A stretch of DNA of 64,000 nt. It comes from a virus. Both the position numbers and the translations under genes were made by a program. The notes under the pieces were generated by a model. It ran no database searches and was not told where the DNA came from. It saw only the letters and a list, made by a program, of their open reading frames with translations. Location of the stretch: IMG/VR virus record IMGVR_UViG_3300017605_001488, positions 1-64,000 of that record; one strand, given 5' to 3'. How positions within the stretch are numbered: the first letter of the stretch is position 1; the number at the start of each line of letters is the position of its first letter. Positions 37,363 to 46,292 of this stretch are shown one piece after another.

Positions 37363-38501
37363 TACTTCCCCATGAACGCACACACGCGTGCGGCGACCGC
37401 GACGCGCTCGATCTTTTCGGGGATGGGCATCGTACGCAGGAACGCATCCAACGCCTCGGTGAACGTCTCCGCGGACCGCGCGACGTGGGCGGCCGTCTTC
37501 GCCATCGCGGTCGCCGCGGTGTGGTCGATGTCGATGTCGTACGCGGCGATCTTCTTCTTCTCGACCATGTCCCGCAACACGGCCTCGTGCGCAGGCACGT
37601 GCTCGTGCGGCACCTCGACGCGCACGTACATCGCCGGCTGCGGTCGCGGATCGCTCGGCAGCGGCTCGTGCGCCTTGAGCTTGAGGAATCGCGGGCCGGG
37701 CACCTCGTGCTTGTGCCACGTGAGGTCTCGCGTGTTGTAGATCAGCACGCCGCCGTACCCCGCGAGCCCGGGGTTGTCCCACCCGGTCGGCACCAACGCG
37801 CCGAGCTGGAATATCTCCGGCTCCTCGGCCCACGTACACCCGTCGTGCCAATTGCCCGCCATCGCCGCCGCGATGCCGTGGGTGTCCATGATGCGCGCGA
37901 GGTCATCCACCACGATCGAGTCGGGCGCGTTGGCCAACCATGTGGGCGTATCGGCGTCGGCGATGCCCATGTGAACAGCGAGCAGCCGCTTCGACGCCGT
38001 GGCGTCACCTGCGGCCTGCTCGGTGTTCTCGGCAATCATACGCGCGACGGTGTCGGGTAGCCAATCCTTCGCCGGTTCGCCCGGGCGGAACGGTACACAC
38101 AGCAGGTCCGTCTCGGGATCGATCGACACGACGGTCGGTGCGGTGATGACCAATGCGTGGTCGGTCAAGCACCCGAGCGCGTGGTCACCCGGCGTCGTCG
38201 AGTGCATGTCGTGGTTGCCGAGAAGGATGATGACGTGCGTGCTGTGGTACGCACCCGAATCGGTGTTACTGCGCAGGATGTCGAGCACCGCCGCGAGCAA
38301 CTGCGGCTCGGGTTTCGACGTGTCGAACAGGTCGCCGCACACCACGAACCATTCGCACTTCTCGGATTGCGCCAACCGCAACGCGGCGGCGAACGCGCCG
38401 AGCGCCTGCCCGCACCGCGTGTTCATCCCCGCGACGGTCGGGCCTCCGAACCGCTTGTGGTTGCCGATGTGGATGTCCGCGCAGAAAGCCAACCGCGTCA
38501 T
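37362..38501 (-). CDS. SbcD/Mre11/gp47-like metallophosphoesterase nuclease
   Basis: DIH, GDLFD, GNHD, AVH, GNWH. Confidence 0.92.
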   Translation of the reverse strand: MTRLAFCADIHIGNHKRFGGPTVAGMNTRCGQALGAFAAALRLAQSEKCEWFVVCGDLFDTSKPEPQLLAAVLDILRSNTDSGAYHSTHVIILLGNHDMHSTTPGDHALGCLTDHALVITAPTVVSIDPETDLLCVPFRPGEPAKDWLPDTVARMIAENTEQAAGDATASKRLLAVHMGIADADTPTWLANAPDSIVVDDLARIMDTHGIAAAMAGNWHDGCTWAEEPEIFQLGALVPTGWDNPGLAGYGGVLIYNTRDLTWHKHEVPGPRFLKLKAHEPLPSDPRPQPAMYVRVEVPHEHVPAHEAVLRDMVEKKKIAAYDIDIDHTAATAMAKTAAHVARSAETFTEALDAFLRTMPIPEKIERVAVAARVCAFMGK

Positions 38502-38923
38502 GGTGTCTCCTCGGGCGTGTTCGCCGCCAAGCGTTCCGCCGAATCCTTTGCCTTCATCAGCTCCACGCACCGCGGGCACCGCGTCGACTCCCCGAACACC
38601 GGCATGTCACGCACGATCGGCGGTTGCCCAACGTCGACGCCCGCTGCGTCCGAGTAGTACCCGTGATCGGGGCACACCTTGCGCTCGTCGTGCATCGGTG
38701 GCCCGCGACGGATGATCGCGACGGCGGTGGCAACACGCTCGAGGACGGCCACGGGAATCTCGACCTCGTCATACGTGTGGTGATCGGGATGGCCAAGCCA
38801 CGATCGAATCGTCGCGCTCGTTAGCTCACCGCCGCCGTACGCAAGCACCACCTCGATGCGCGCCCCACGTTCCTCGTGACCACCGAGCACCAACTCGACG
38901 TGATGCTCCTCGCGCACGTCCAT
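38498..38923 (-). CDS. Hypothetical protein
   Basis: 141 aa; CPDHG...CPRC. Confidence 0.55.
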   Translation of the reverse strand: MDVREEHHVELVLGGHEERGARIEVVLAYGGGELTSATIRSWLGHPDHHTYDEVEIPVAVLERVATAVAIIRRGPPMHDERKVCPDHGYYSDAAGVDVGQPPIVRDMPVFGESTRCPRCVELMKAKDSAERLAANTPEETP

Positions 38924-38934
38924 GCGTTCACCCC

Positions 38935-39183
38935 GTGAAAAATAGGTGCGGTCTCTCCCGCCGTCACGCCCTCACCACGGTGGCCGCGGGGCATGCCCCG
39001 CAACCGTTGTGGATCTGCCCGGTATCCCGAGCTCCGTCTTTCTCGCGCAGCGTTCGCACGGTCTACGTCTGACGGCTTGACGTGGTTTCCTAGCCGGTGG
39101 CACTTCAGAAACCAGAGAACCTAACGTGCGGTGAACCTGCTCGCTTGCGCGAGCCCCGCACGGTCCCGGCGGTTCGAGTCTTG
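38935..39183 (-). ncRNA. Candidate structured non-coding RNA (~250 nt)
   Basis: Intergenic run of hairpins on the minus strand (GCUCGC-GCAA-GCGAGC GNRA loop, GUGCGG/CCGCAC, UGGUUUC/GAAACCA, GCGGGG-CAUG-CCCCGC) ending GGCGUGACG-GCGG-GAGAGA-CCGC-ACCUAUUUUU. Confidence 0.6.
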
Positions 39184-39185
39184 AA

Positions 39186-39986
39186 TTACTCCTTCTTCGG
39201 GTCCTTGCTCATGTCGGCGGCGGCCGTGCGCGTGCGGGGCGAACCCTCGACGCGCGTGGAACCGGGCGCCTGGTACGGCGCGCGTGCCGCGGCCTGCGGT
39301 CGTGCGAGACCCATTCCCGCCTCGGCCAGCTTCTGGAGGATGTCCTCGTACGAATCGACACGCGCGTACGACAGCAGGTTCCCCTGCATCTCGATCCACG
39401 CCATGTCACCGAGCGGTGACGACGCACGGGCCGCCGACACTTGGTACACCGTCTTGAGGCCCTGTCCCGTGCGGTTGACGACGATGTCGAACCCGTCTTC
39501 GGTCGGGTCGGTGAAGTCACCACCGGCAACCTTGTCGGCCCGAATGGTGTTCAGCTGCTCGAGCACCTTCTTGCCGAACGCGTACTTCTGCGGACCGAGC
39601 TCGGGTGCGTCCCGGTCGATCACGAACGCGTACACGCGCAACGACGGGAACAGCTTGCCGGCCACGTCGTAGTCGGCCTTGTTCCCGGTGCCGCGCAGCT
39701 GCTCCATCTTCTGACAGGCGGGGCACGGCTGTTGCGACATGACGCGCGGGCAATTGAACGACACCGCGTTCTTCATCCCGGGTAGCTCGATGTAGTGCTG
39801 ATGGGCCAGGACGAACGGGCTGCGCATCGCACCGATGGGGGGAAGGAACCGATAGACGTTCTGGCCCTCCTTGACCTTGATGAACTCGCCGCCGGTTTTC
39901 GTGGCCTCCTCGCGCTCTTGATCGACCGCCTCGAGATCGTAGGAGTTGTACTTGACCATGTTGGTCTGGGGCTTGTCGTTGGACAT
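39186..39986 (-). CDS. Single-stranded DNA-binding protein, T4 gp32-like
   Basis: YRFLPP, HQH...CP...CPAC zinc site, DFTDP-x2-GFD. Confidence 0.85.
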   Translation of the reverse strand: MSNDKPQTNMVKYNSYDLEAVDQEREEATKTGGEFIKVKEGQNVYRFLPPIGAMRSPFVLAHQHYIELPGMKNAVSFNCPRVMSQQPCPACQKMEQLRGTGNKADYDVAGKLFPSLRVYAFVIDRDAPELGPQKYAFGKKVLEQLNTIRADKVAGGDFTDPTEDGFDIVVNRTGQGLKTVYQVSAARASSPLGDMAWIEMQGNLLSYARVDSYEDILQKLAEAGMGLARPQAAARAPYQAPGSTRVEGSPRTRTAAADMSKDPKKE

Positions 39987-40037
39987 CGGGAATTCTCTTT
40001 TCTGGACTGGACTGTTAGTAAGCAAGCGGACCGTGAC

Positions 40038-40583
40038 CTAAGCCTTCTTGTGGTAGCTCGCGCCTTGGTGCTGTGCACGGATGGCGGGATCGCCCTGCAT
40101 CTCCGCGCGGATGTGCGCGCCGATGGACACCACCGCATCGCGTTTGCTGCGCACGGCATCGAGCACACCGGCGAGGTGGTTCTTCTCGGCCTCGGCGGCG
40201 ATGTATGCCACTCGCGCAGCGTACACCGCATCGTCGAGCAGCAACCGCGCGGCCACCGCCGCCTCGGTCAACCCGCCCCCACGCGCGCGACCCTTCGCCG
40301 GTTTCGGCTTCGCATCGTCGGGTGTGGTCTCCGCCTCGACGGCCATCGCGTCCTCGTTGACGGCGCGGATGCGCAACTCGGCGGTCGCCTTCGTGCGCTC
40401 CCATTCGTGCTTCGCGGTCAACAACCGCTCGTACGCGTCCGAATAGCGCTGATTCCAGTACGCGAGGTCGCGCGGCACGCGCACGAACTCCTCCTGAATC
40501 ATCAACGGTTCGATCGTGACGCAGTCGAGCAGGTACGGTTCGACCTCGATGCCCTCGATGTTGGTGTTGCCGGTGTTGTCCAC
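40038..40583 (-). CDS. UvsY-like recombination mediator
   Basis: Helical protein next to SSB: EEF...P...AYW, TEAAV...D, LDAVRSKRD. Confidence 0.6.
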   Translation of the reverse strand: MDNTGNTNIEGIEVEPYLLDCVTIEPLMIQEEFVRVPRDLAYWNQRYSDAYERLLTAKHEWERTKATAELRIRAVNEDAMAVEAETTPDDAKPKPAKGRARGGGLTEAAVAARLLLDDAVYAARVAYIAAEAEKNHLAGVLDAVRSKRDAVVSIGAHIRAEMQGDPAIRAQHQGASYHKKA

Positions 40584-40594
40584 GTGAATGCTCC

Positions 40595-43282
40595 TTACGC
40601 GGCTTCCTTGTATTTTTCGAGCGAGCCCCACGCACGCCCGACCTCAATGTCGACCTTGAGCTCCACGTCACCGGACGGGTACGACTCCATGATGCGCTTG
40701 ACCTGATACGCGACCTCGGGCACGGCGTCCTCGCGCACCTCGAGCAGCAGCGAGTCGTGCACCGGCAAGCACAACATCGCCGGCACGGCGTCCTCGCGTA
40801 GCCAATCCACCACGTCGACGATCGACCGCACGCAGTAGTCCGATGCCGTCCCCTGGATCGGGGTGTTCACGGCACCGTTCTCGGCGGTGATGCGCTGCCC
40901 GTCGTCCTCGTCCGCGATGCGATGCAACGACCGGCGGCGCGCACGTTCGCCGTCCCACATCGTCCACGACTCGCCGGTGCGTCGCGATTCGGACAACCGC
41001 TCCTTGCACCACGCGGCCAGCCGCACGAACTTCCCTAGGATGGCGTCCATCACGCGTTGAGCCTCGGCAACGGTGCACCCGAGGTTCGCGGCCAACGTGC
41101 GCGCCGTCATGCCGTACAGCACGCCAAAGTTCACGGCCTTCGCCTGCGCACGGTGCTCCTTACCGACCTGCTCCGCGGTGATGTGCCACAGCATCGGCGC
41201 GACCATCTGCGCGGTGCGCTTGTGAAAGTCGACGCCCGACCTGAAAATCTCCTTCATCACCGGGTCGTTCGACAACATCGCCGCGATGCGCAACTCCAGC
41301 TGCGAATAGTCCGCCGACAGCAGCAAGTACCCCGGACGCGCACAGAAGCAGTCGCGCGCCATCTTGCCCTCGGGTCCCTTGTACGTGGGCGATTCCGGGT
41401 CATCGACGCGGGGGATGTTCTGTAGGTTAGGGTCCTTGCACGACGTGCGACCGGACCGCGCGCCGTCGAGCAGAATCGACGGGTGGATGCGCCCGTCTGG
41501 GCGCACGTGCGGCAACATCCCGATCGCGTACGTCGACCGCATCTTGGTGATTCGCCGGTACTCGAGCAACGCCGGGATGAGCTCGTGCTCGCCCTCCAGC
41601 TCCTCGAGCGTGTCCTTGTCCGTGCTCTCGTTGTCGTTGTCGGTGATTCGGATGACACGCAACCCGAGGTCCTTGAACAGGATCTTGCGCAGCTGCGGTG
41701 CCGAGTTCCAGTTCACGTTCGGGAAGTACGAGTCGAGGCGGCGCTTCGCGTCGAGCTCCTTCCCCTCCAAGTGCTTGTCGAACATGATGATGGCACCGCG
41801 GTCGGTCGGGATTCCCCACCGTTCGACCTGCGCGATGGCCGTGCTCGCACCGGCCACGATGCGATCCCACACCCGCTGCAACGGCGGCACCGCCGCGAGC
41901 GCCGGCTCGAACACCTCGCACAACGCCGTCGTCGCGACCGCGTCGCGCGCGTTGTATCGATACACCACGTCGCGGTTGGTGTGGTCCAGCACCGCGTACA
42001 CCCACGAGTCGGAGTCGTGCGCCCAATTCTTGTTCTTCGACGTGCCGTGCGACTTCTCACGCACGACGGGCTCGAGCTCCGCGTCGATACCCAACGTCGA
42101 CAACGGCGGCGGCGGCACCGGTGGCACGGGCGGCTTGCGCGTCTTGCTGTTGGCCAGCTTCGCCGGGTACTCGGCCAACGCCTTCTCGTACCGCTTCTCG
42201 GCGGCCATGATGCCGCGCACCTTCTTCACGGCCTCGACGGAGTACCGATCCTTTTCTTCCTTCATGCCGCCCATCCCGACGAGCTCGCACATGCGCGCGA
42301 GGTCGGCGGCAGCCTCGGGGTCGAGCAGCTTGCGCCACAAGCGCGTGTCGCCATCGAGACCACGCACGCGGGCATCCCACTCGAAGTCCGCCGAGTTCTC
42401 GTCGTACTTCACGTTCTGCCCACGCTTGCGCGCGCCAACGTCGCGCAGGTACTCCAGCATGATGTCGACGGCTTGCGGGTCGGCAAACGCCTCGCCACCC
42501 CACAGGAATGCATCGCGCTCGCCCTGTGGACAGAACGAGATGCACACGATGCGGAACGACGGATCGTACATGAGCCCGGCGGTTTCCACGTCGAACGACG
42601 ACCACGGGAACGAACGCAGGTACTTGACCGCGAGGCGCGCGTCGTCGGCGTTCTCGACGACGTGCACGACCCCGTCCCATGGTGGCGTCGACACGTTCGC
42701 TTTGAGCGCCCACGCCATGTCATCCTCGAACCACTGGCGCACGAATCGGTTTCGTAGCGCCGCCGACGGATGGATGACCAGGAACACCGGCACCGGTTGG
42801 CGCGTGCGCGCGAGGAATGAATACCCGCGCCGGGTCGAGAACGGCGCCACCGCCCGACCCAACACGGAATACGCCGCCCATCCACCCACGCACACGATGC
42901 GTGTGGGCTCCGCCTCGATGGCGGTCTTGGTCAGGTACCCGCGGCACGCCTCGATGTGCGGATCGTCGGGACCATCACGCCCGGGAAAGCACCGCACCGC
43001 GTTGTCGTACGCAACGGGACCCTTCCAATGCTTCGCGATCGTCTCGCGTAGCAACTTCCCCGACTTGCCGATGAACGGTCGACCGATGGCGTCTTCGTTT
43101 CGGCCGGGCGCTTCCCCCACGACGAGCAAACCACCCGCCTCACCCTCGGCGTTGATGCACACCGTCTTTGGCCGCCCAATCTCCGGGAGGTTGCACCGAC
43201 GGCATGCGTGGTCGACGTTGAGGGGTTCGGCGAGTTCCAACGCCACGGCGGGTGGCGACTCGTACAGGGAAAGGCGGCGCAC
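40595..43282 (-). CDS. polA: Family A DNA polymerase with N-terminal uracil-DNA glycosylase (family 4-like) domain
   Basis: UDG: CRRC, VGEAPG, PFIG, NAVRC, HPSA. Exonuclease: FDVET, NVKYD, YNARD. Polymerase: SGRTSCKDPNLQN, DYSQLELR, KAVNFGVLYG, VHDSL. Confidence 0.95.
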   Translation of the reverse strand: MRRLSLYESPPAVALELAEPLNVDHACRRCNLPEIGRPKTVCINAEGEAGGLLVVGEAPGRNEDAIGRPFIGKSGKLLRETIAKHWKGPVAYDNAVRCFPGRDGPDDPHIEACRGYLTKTAIEAEPTRIVCVGGWAAYSVLGRAVAPFSTRRGYSFLARTRQPVPVFLVIHPSAALRNRFVRQWFEDDMAWALKANVSTPPWDGVVHVVENADDARLAVKYLRSFPWSSFDVETAGLMYDPSFRIVCISFCPQGERDAFLWGGEAFADPQAVDIMLEYLRDVGARKRGQNVKYDENSADFEWDARVRGLDGDTRLWRKLLDPEAAADLARMCELVGMGGMKEEKDRYSVEAVKKVRGIMAAEKRYEKALAEYPAKLANSKTRKPPVPPVPPPPLSTLGIDAELEPVVREKSHGTSKNKNWAHDSDSWVYAVLDHTNRDVVYRYNARDAVATTALCEVFEPALAAVPPLQRVWDRIVAGASTAIAQVERWGIPTDRGAIIMFDKHLEGKELDAKRRLDSYFPNVNWNSAPQLRKILFKDLGLRVIRITDNDNESTDKDTLEELEGEHELIPALLEYRRITKMRSTYAIGMLPHVRPDGRIHPSILLDGARSGRTSCKDPNLQNIPRVDDPESPTYKGPEGKMARDCFCARPGYLLLSADYSQLELRIAAMLSNDPVMKEIFRSGVDFHKRTAQMVAPMLWHITAEQVGKEHRAQAKAVNFGVLYGMTARTLAANLGCTVAEAQRVMDAILGKFVRLAAWCKERLSESRRTGESWTMWDGERARRRSLHRIADEDDGQRITAENGAVNTPIQGTASDYCVRSIVDVVDWLREDAVPAMLCLPVHDSLLLEVREDAVPEVAYQVKRIMESYPSGDVELKVDIEVGRAWGSLEKYKEAA

Positions 43283-43963
43283 TCATCCACCCATGACTTC
43301 GAGCGTGCGCTCGATGCGTTCGGCGAGGTTCGGGATGCGTGAGATGATGGCGACCTCGCTCTTGAGCGCGGTGCACCGTTCGACCAGCTTGTCGTTCGGC
43401 ACGCCCCGCTGGCGCATGTGCTCGATGATGTCTTTGAGCTTCGTCGTCGACCGGATGTAGTCCATGTCGAGGTCACCCGCGACGGCGGGCGGCGCGGTTT
43501 CGACCTTGGTGGGCAAGATCGGATCGTCGTTGCTCACGCCAGGCGGTGCGAGCTGCAACGGTGCGCCCGGCTTCTCACCGGTCGCCGTGACGGGCGGCGC
43601 CTCGACAACCGGTGTGGCAACCGCGGGCGGCGGCGCAGCGGGGGCGGCGTCGGCCTTCTTCTCCGCGGGCGGCGGCGTGGCGATCGTCTTGTTCGATGCA
43701 CGCGTGCGCGTTGCGGGCGGCGTCGCGGCCGGGGGTGCGGCGGCGGTCGCCGGTGCGGTCGCACCGTTGGTGCCGTTCGGTTTGGGCATCTCGACGACGG
43801 GCGACAGCTGCACGTCGAGCGGCTTCGCGGTCTCGAGCAGCGCCAACACCCAGCTCACCTCACCGAATGCCAACGGCTCCACCGTGAGCTTCGCCCCATC
43901 GAAGCGCACCTTTCGCACCGAACCGTATAGGGTGACATTCGCCTCAAACGCTGTGATCTCCAT
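43283..43963 (-). CDS. Two-domain protein with Pro/Ala/Thr linker
   Basis: AAGGAGG RBS; low-complexity middle. Confidence 0.7.
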   Translation of the reverse strand: MEITAFEANVTLYGSVRKVRFDGAKLTVEPLAFGEVSWVLALLETAKPLDVQLSPVVEMPKPNGTNGATAPATAAAPPAATPPATRTRASNKTIATPPPAEKKADAAPAAPPPAVATPVVEAPPVTATGEKPGAPLQLAPPGVSNDDPILPTKVETAPPAVAGDLDMDYIRSTTKLKDIIEHMRQRGVPNDKLVERCTALKSEVAIISRIPNLAERIERTLEVMGG

Positions 43964-44004
43964 GATGGTCCTCCTTGGGCACCGAACCCACTTACGCGAA
44001 CGCC

Positions 44005-44895
44005 CTACGGTTCAATACGTACAGCGTCCCAACAATCCAACGACGCCATGGCTGCCGCACGAACCGCGGCCTGGCTTACTTCATCGGGGTCGACCTTGGG
44101 CGGGAATCGAATCGCTCCGGCTCGATGCCCATCGAGACGCAACCGCAATGCGGCGGCGTACCCTGCCTCCCATTCATCGCCGTCGGGCACGAACACCTTG
44201 GGGCGCGGTGCCTTTGCGACGGCGTCCATCACGCGATCGTCCGTTACTTTGCCGAGCGCTCCGACCGCGTTGGGCAAGTGCGCCATCGCATCGAACCCAC
44301 CCTCCATCACGAGCAGCGGCTCATCGGTCGTGACGGACAACGCGCGACCGTTGAACATCACACCGTGCCGATCGCCGACGGGGTACAGGTACGGCACGTC
44401 GCACTTCTTCACCCACGCGCGCGCGATGAACCACGCCCACTTGTTGGGGTCGTCGTACTCGAAGATTGGAATGATGACGCGACCGGCGAACCGCCCGATG
44501 ACGCACGCGCCGAGGCGATGCTCGATGATCTGCTCGTCTGTGATTCCGCGGGCGTTCAGGAAGTCCCACGCCGGCTGCAACGATTCGGCGTCGTGCGTGC
44601 CGTCCTCGCCGAGGAAGTAGAACCCCTCGGGTTGCTCGATCGGCTTCGGCGGCGGCTTGTCGCCCTGCTCGACGGGGTCGTACTCCTCCGGCGGATGCGC
44701 CAACCGACCACGCGCCTCGCATCGATAGCACTCATAGCGCAACGACAGCACCGAGAACCCGAAGCTGCGTTTGCGATCGGACTTGCCCACACGGTACTCG
44801 CACAACGGGCAGTCGATGCGGATCCACCCGGTATCCGACACGCGCCGCCCAATGACGGCACTGGCAATCAAGTCGTCGAAGAACGCATCACTCAC
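44005..44895 (-). CDS. DNA primase (zinc finger plus TOPRIM)
   Basis: CPLC...CYRC, GRVIIPI, MEGGFDAM, PDGD, DPDE. Confidence 0.9.
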   Translation of the reverse strand: MSDAFFDDLIASAVIGRRVSDTGWIRIDCPLCEYRVGKSDRKRSFGFSVLSLRYECYRCEARGRLAHPPEEYDPVEQGDKPPPKPIEQPEGFYFLGEDGTHDAESLQPAWDFLNARGITDEQIIEHRLGACVIGRFAGRVIIPIFEYDDPNKWAWFIARAWVKKCDVPYLYPVGDRHGVMFNGRALSVTTDEPLLVMEGGFDAMAHLPNAVGALGKVTDDRVMDAVAKAPRPKVFVPDGDEWEAGYAAALRLRLDGHRAGAIRFPPKVDPDEVSQAAVRAAAMASLDCWDAVRIEP

Positions 44896-46292
44896 GGCTT
44901 GAGCCCCTTGAGCGCCACAGCACTGTCGTACGCGGTGGCGTACGGGTCGTTGTCGTAGAACCCAAACGGCGCGATGCGCGCACACGCGAAGTCGGTGGGC
45001 AACGGTCCGATGGTTTGCCCGTTGCGACCGAGGCGGTTCTTGAACACGTGCAGCTCGACTTGCTCCTGGTCGCGGAGGTTGATGGACACCCCGTAGTCAG
45101 CGGTGCGCGGCTTGCCCATCGAGTCCGCGGTGTCATCGATGTCGAGCTTCTTCGTCGCCTTGTTCTTCCCGTCGCCGCGTCGGGACTGCGATGCGGTCGC
45201 CGCCCATCGCTTCCCGTCGCGTGCCCACACGAACATGTCCTCGTACACCGACCCGCTGGCCGTGTAGCTGTTGTCCTGCGCGCGTTCGCTGATTCCTTGG
45301 GCGCGCATCTTGTCCGCGTAGTCGACGACCAGGACATCCATCTGCGCGCCCCACGCCTGCTCCGTGTCGCGAATCCATCCGCGCAACGTGCCCATCGTGG
45401 TCGCCTTCGGAGTGAACGACTTGACGGTGATGGCGCCCATCCCCGGCCGCCCGAAGATTTCATCGAGCCGTTCGATGGCACCGCACGCGTAGGGCTCCTC
45501 GATGATGGCGTCGATCGGGATCCCGGTGAGGCATGCCTTGACGCGTGCAAGCCAGATCGGCACCGGGAGCTCGAGCGTCGCCACGCCAACGCGGAACCCT
45601 TGCAGGCACGACGCTGCCGCGTGTTGCGTGAGCGACACGGACTTGCCGCCACCGGACGGCGCGAGATAGTACAGCAACGTCCCGCGCATCCACCCACCGC
45701 CGAGCGAATCATCGAGCTCGAGGATTCCCGACTTCAGACGTTGGATGGTCTTGAGCCGTTCGAGGTGTTCAAAGCTACCCGGCCCGATGGCGACACCGAC
45801 CGTGTCCTCGTACTCGCCGAGGTGCTTGGCCTTCTCCAACCGTTGCATCGCACCGTGCACGTCACCGCGCCGCTGGTATTCCGACAGCCCGGTCTCGATC
45901 GCTTCGCGCTCCATGCGCCGCTTGAGGATGGGCACGACCTCGGCGAGCAGCGCCTCGTCGGATACCATCGCACCGGCATCCTCGGCGGCATCGAAGTAGT
46001 CCGCGACCGCGACGATCTGATCGTGCGTCACCTTCCCTTCGGACATCCACCGCCGCAACCGTTGCATCACCACGACGGTGCTCTCGGGACCGGTGCCGCG
46101 TTCGCGCGCGACGATGGCCGCCGCTTGGATCGCGAGCTTCGCCGACGGTGCTGCCAAGCAATCGGCCTCGACCTCGACACCGATGAGCGACCACGTCCGC
46201 GGGTGGCTGCACAGCACATACACGAGAGCGCGCTCGAACGTCGGGTCGAAGTTGAACGGCTCGCGACTACGTTTGATTGGAGCAACGTTCAT
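44892..46292 (-). CDS. Replicative DnaB-like (SF4) helicase
   Basis: APSGGGKS, TLEL, VVDYAD, TASQ, KNRLG. Confidence 0.92.
   Translation of the reverse strand: MNVAPIKRSREPFNFDPTFERALVYVLCSHPRTWSLIGVEVEADCLAAPSAKLAIQAAAIVARERGTGPESTVVVMQRLRRWMSEGKVTHDQIVAVADYFDAAEDAGAMVSDEALLAEVVPILKRRMEREAIETGLSEYQRRGDVHGAMQRLEKAKHLGEYEDTVGVAIGPGSFEHLERLKTIQRLKSGILELDDSLGGGWMRGTLLYYLAPSGGGKSVSLTQHAAASCLQGFRVGVATLELPVPIWLARVKACLTGIPIDAIIEEPYACGAIERLDEIFGRPGMGAITVKSFTPKATTMGTLRGWIRDTEQAWGAQMDVLVVDYADKMRAQGISERAQDNSYTASGSVYEDMFVWARDGKRWAATASQSRRGDGKNKATKKLDIDDTADSMGKPRTADYGVSINLRDQEQVELHVFKNRLGRNGQTIGPLPTDFACARIAPFGFYDNDPYATAYDSAVALKGLKP

Noticed and set aside
39160-39185. GGTTCGAGTC resembling a tRNA/tmRNA T-loop
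   Set aside because: No T-stem pairing, acceptor stem or CCA end.
41364-43460. Long plus-strand ORFs (698 aa here; also 55147-56949, 45015-46535, 47978-49444)
   Set aside because: Antisense shadows of well-supported minus-strand genes in high-GC DNA; no motifs.
43500-43780. Low-complexity GC-rich repeats
   Set aside because: Encode a Pro/Ala/Thr linker; no DNA-level unit.
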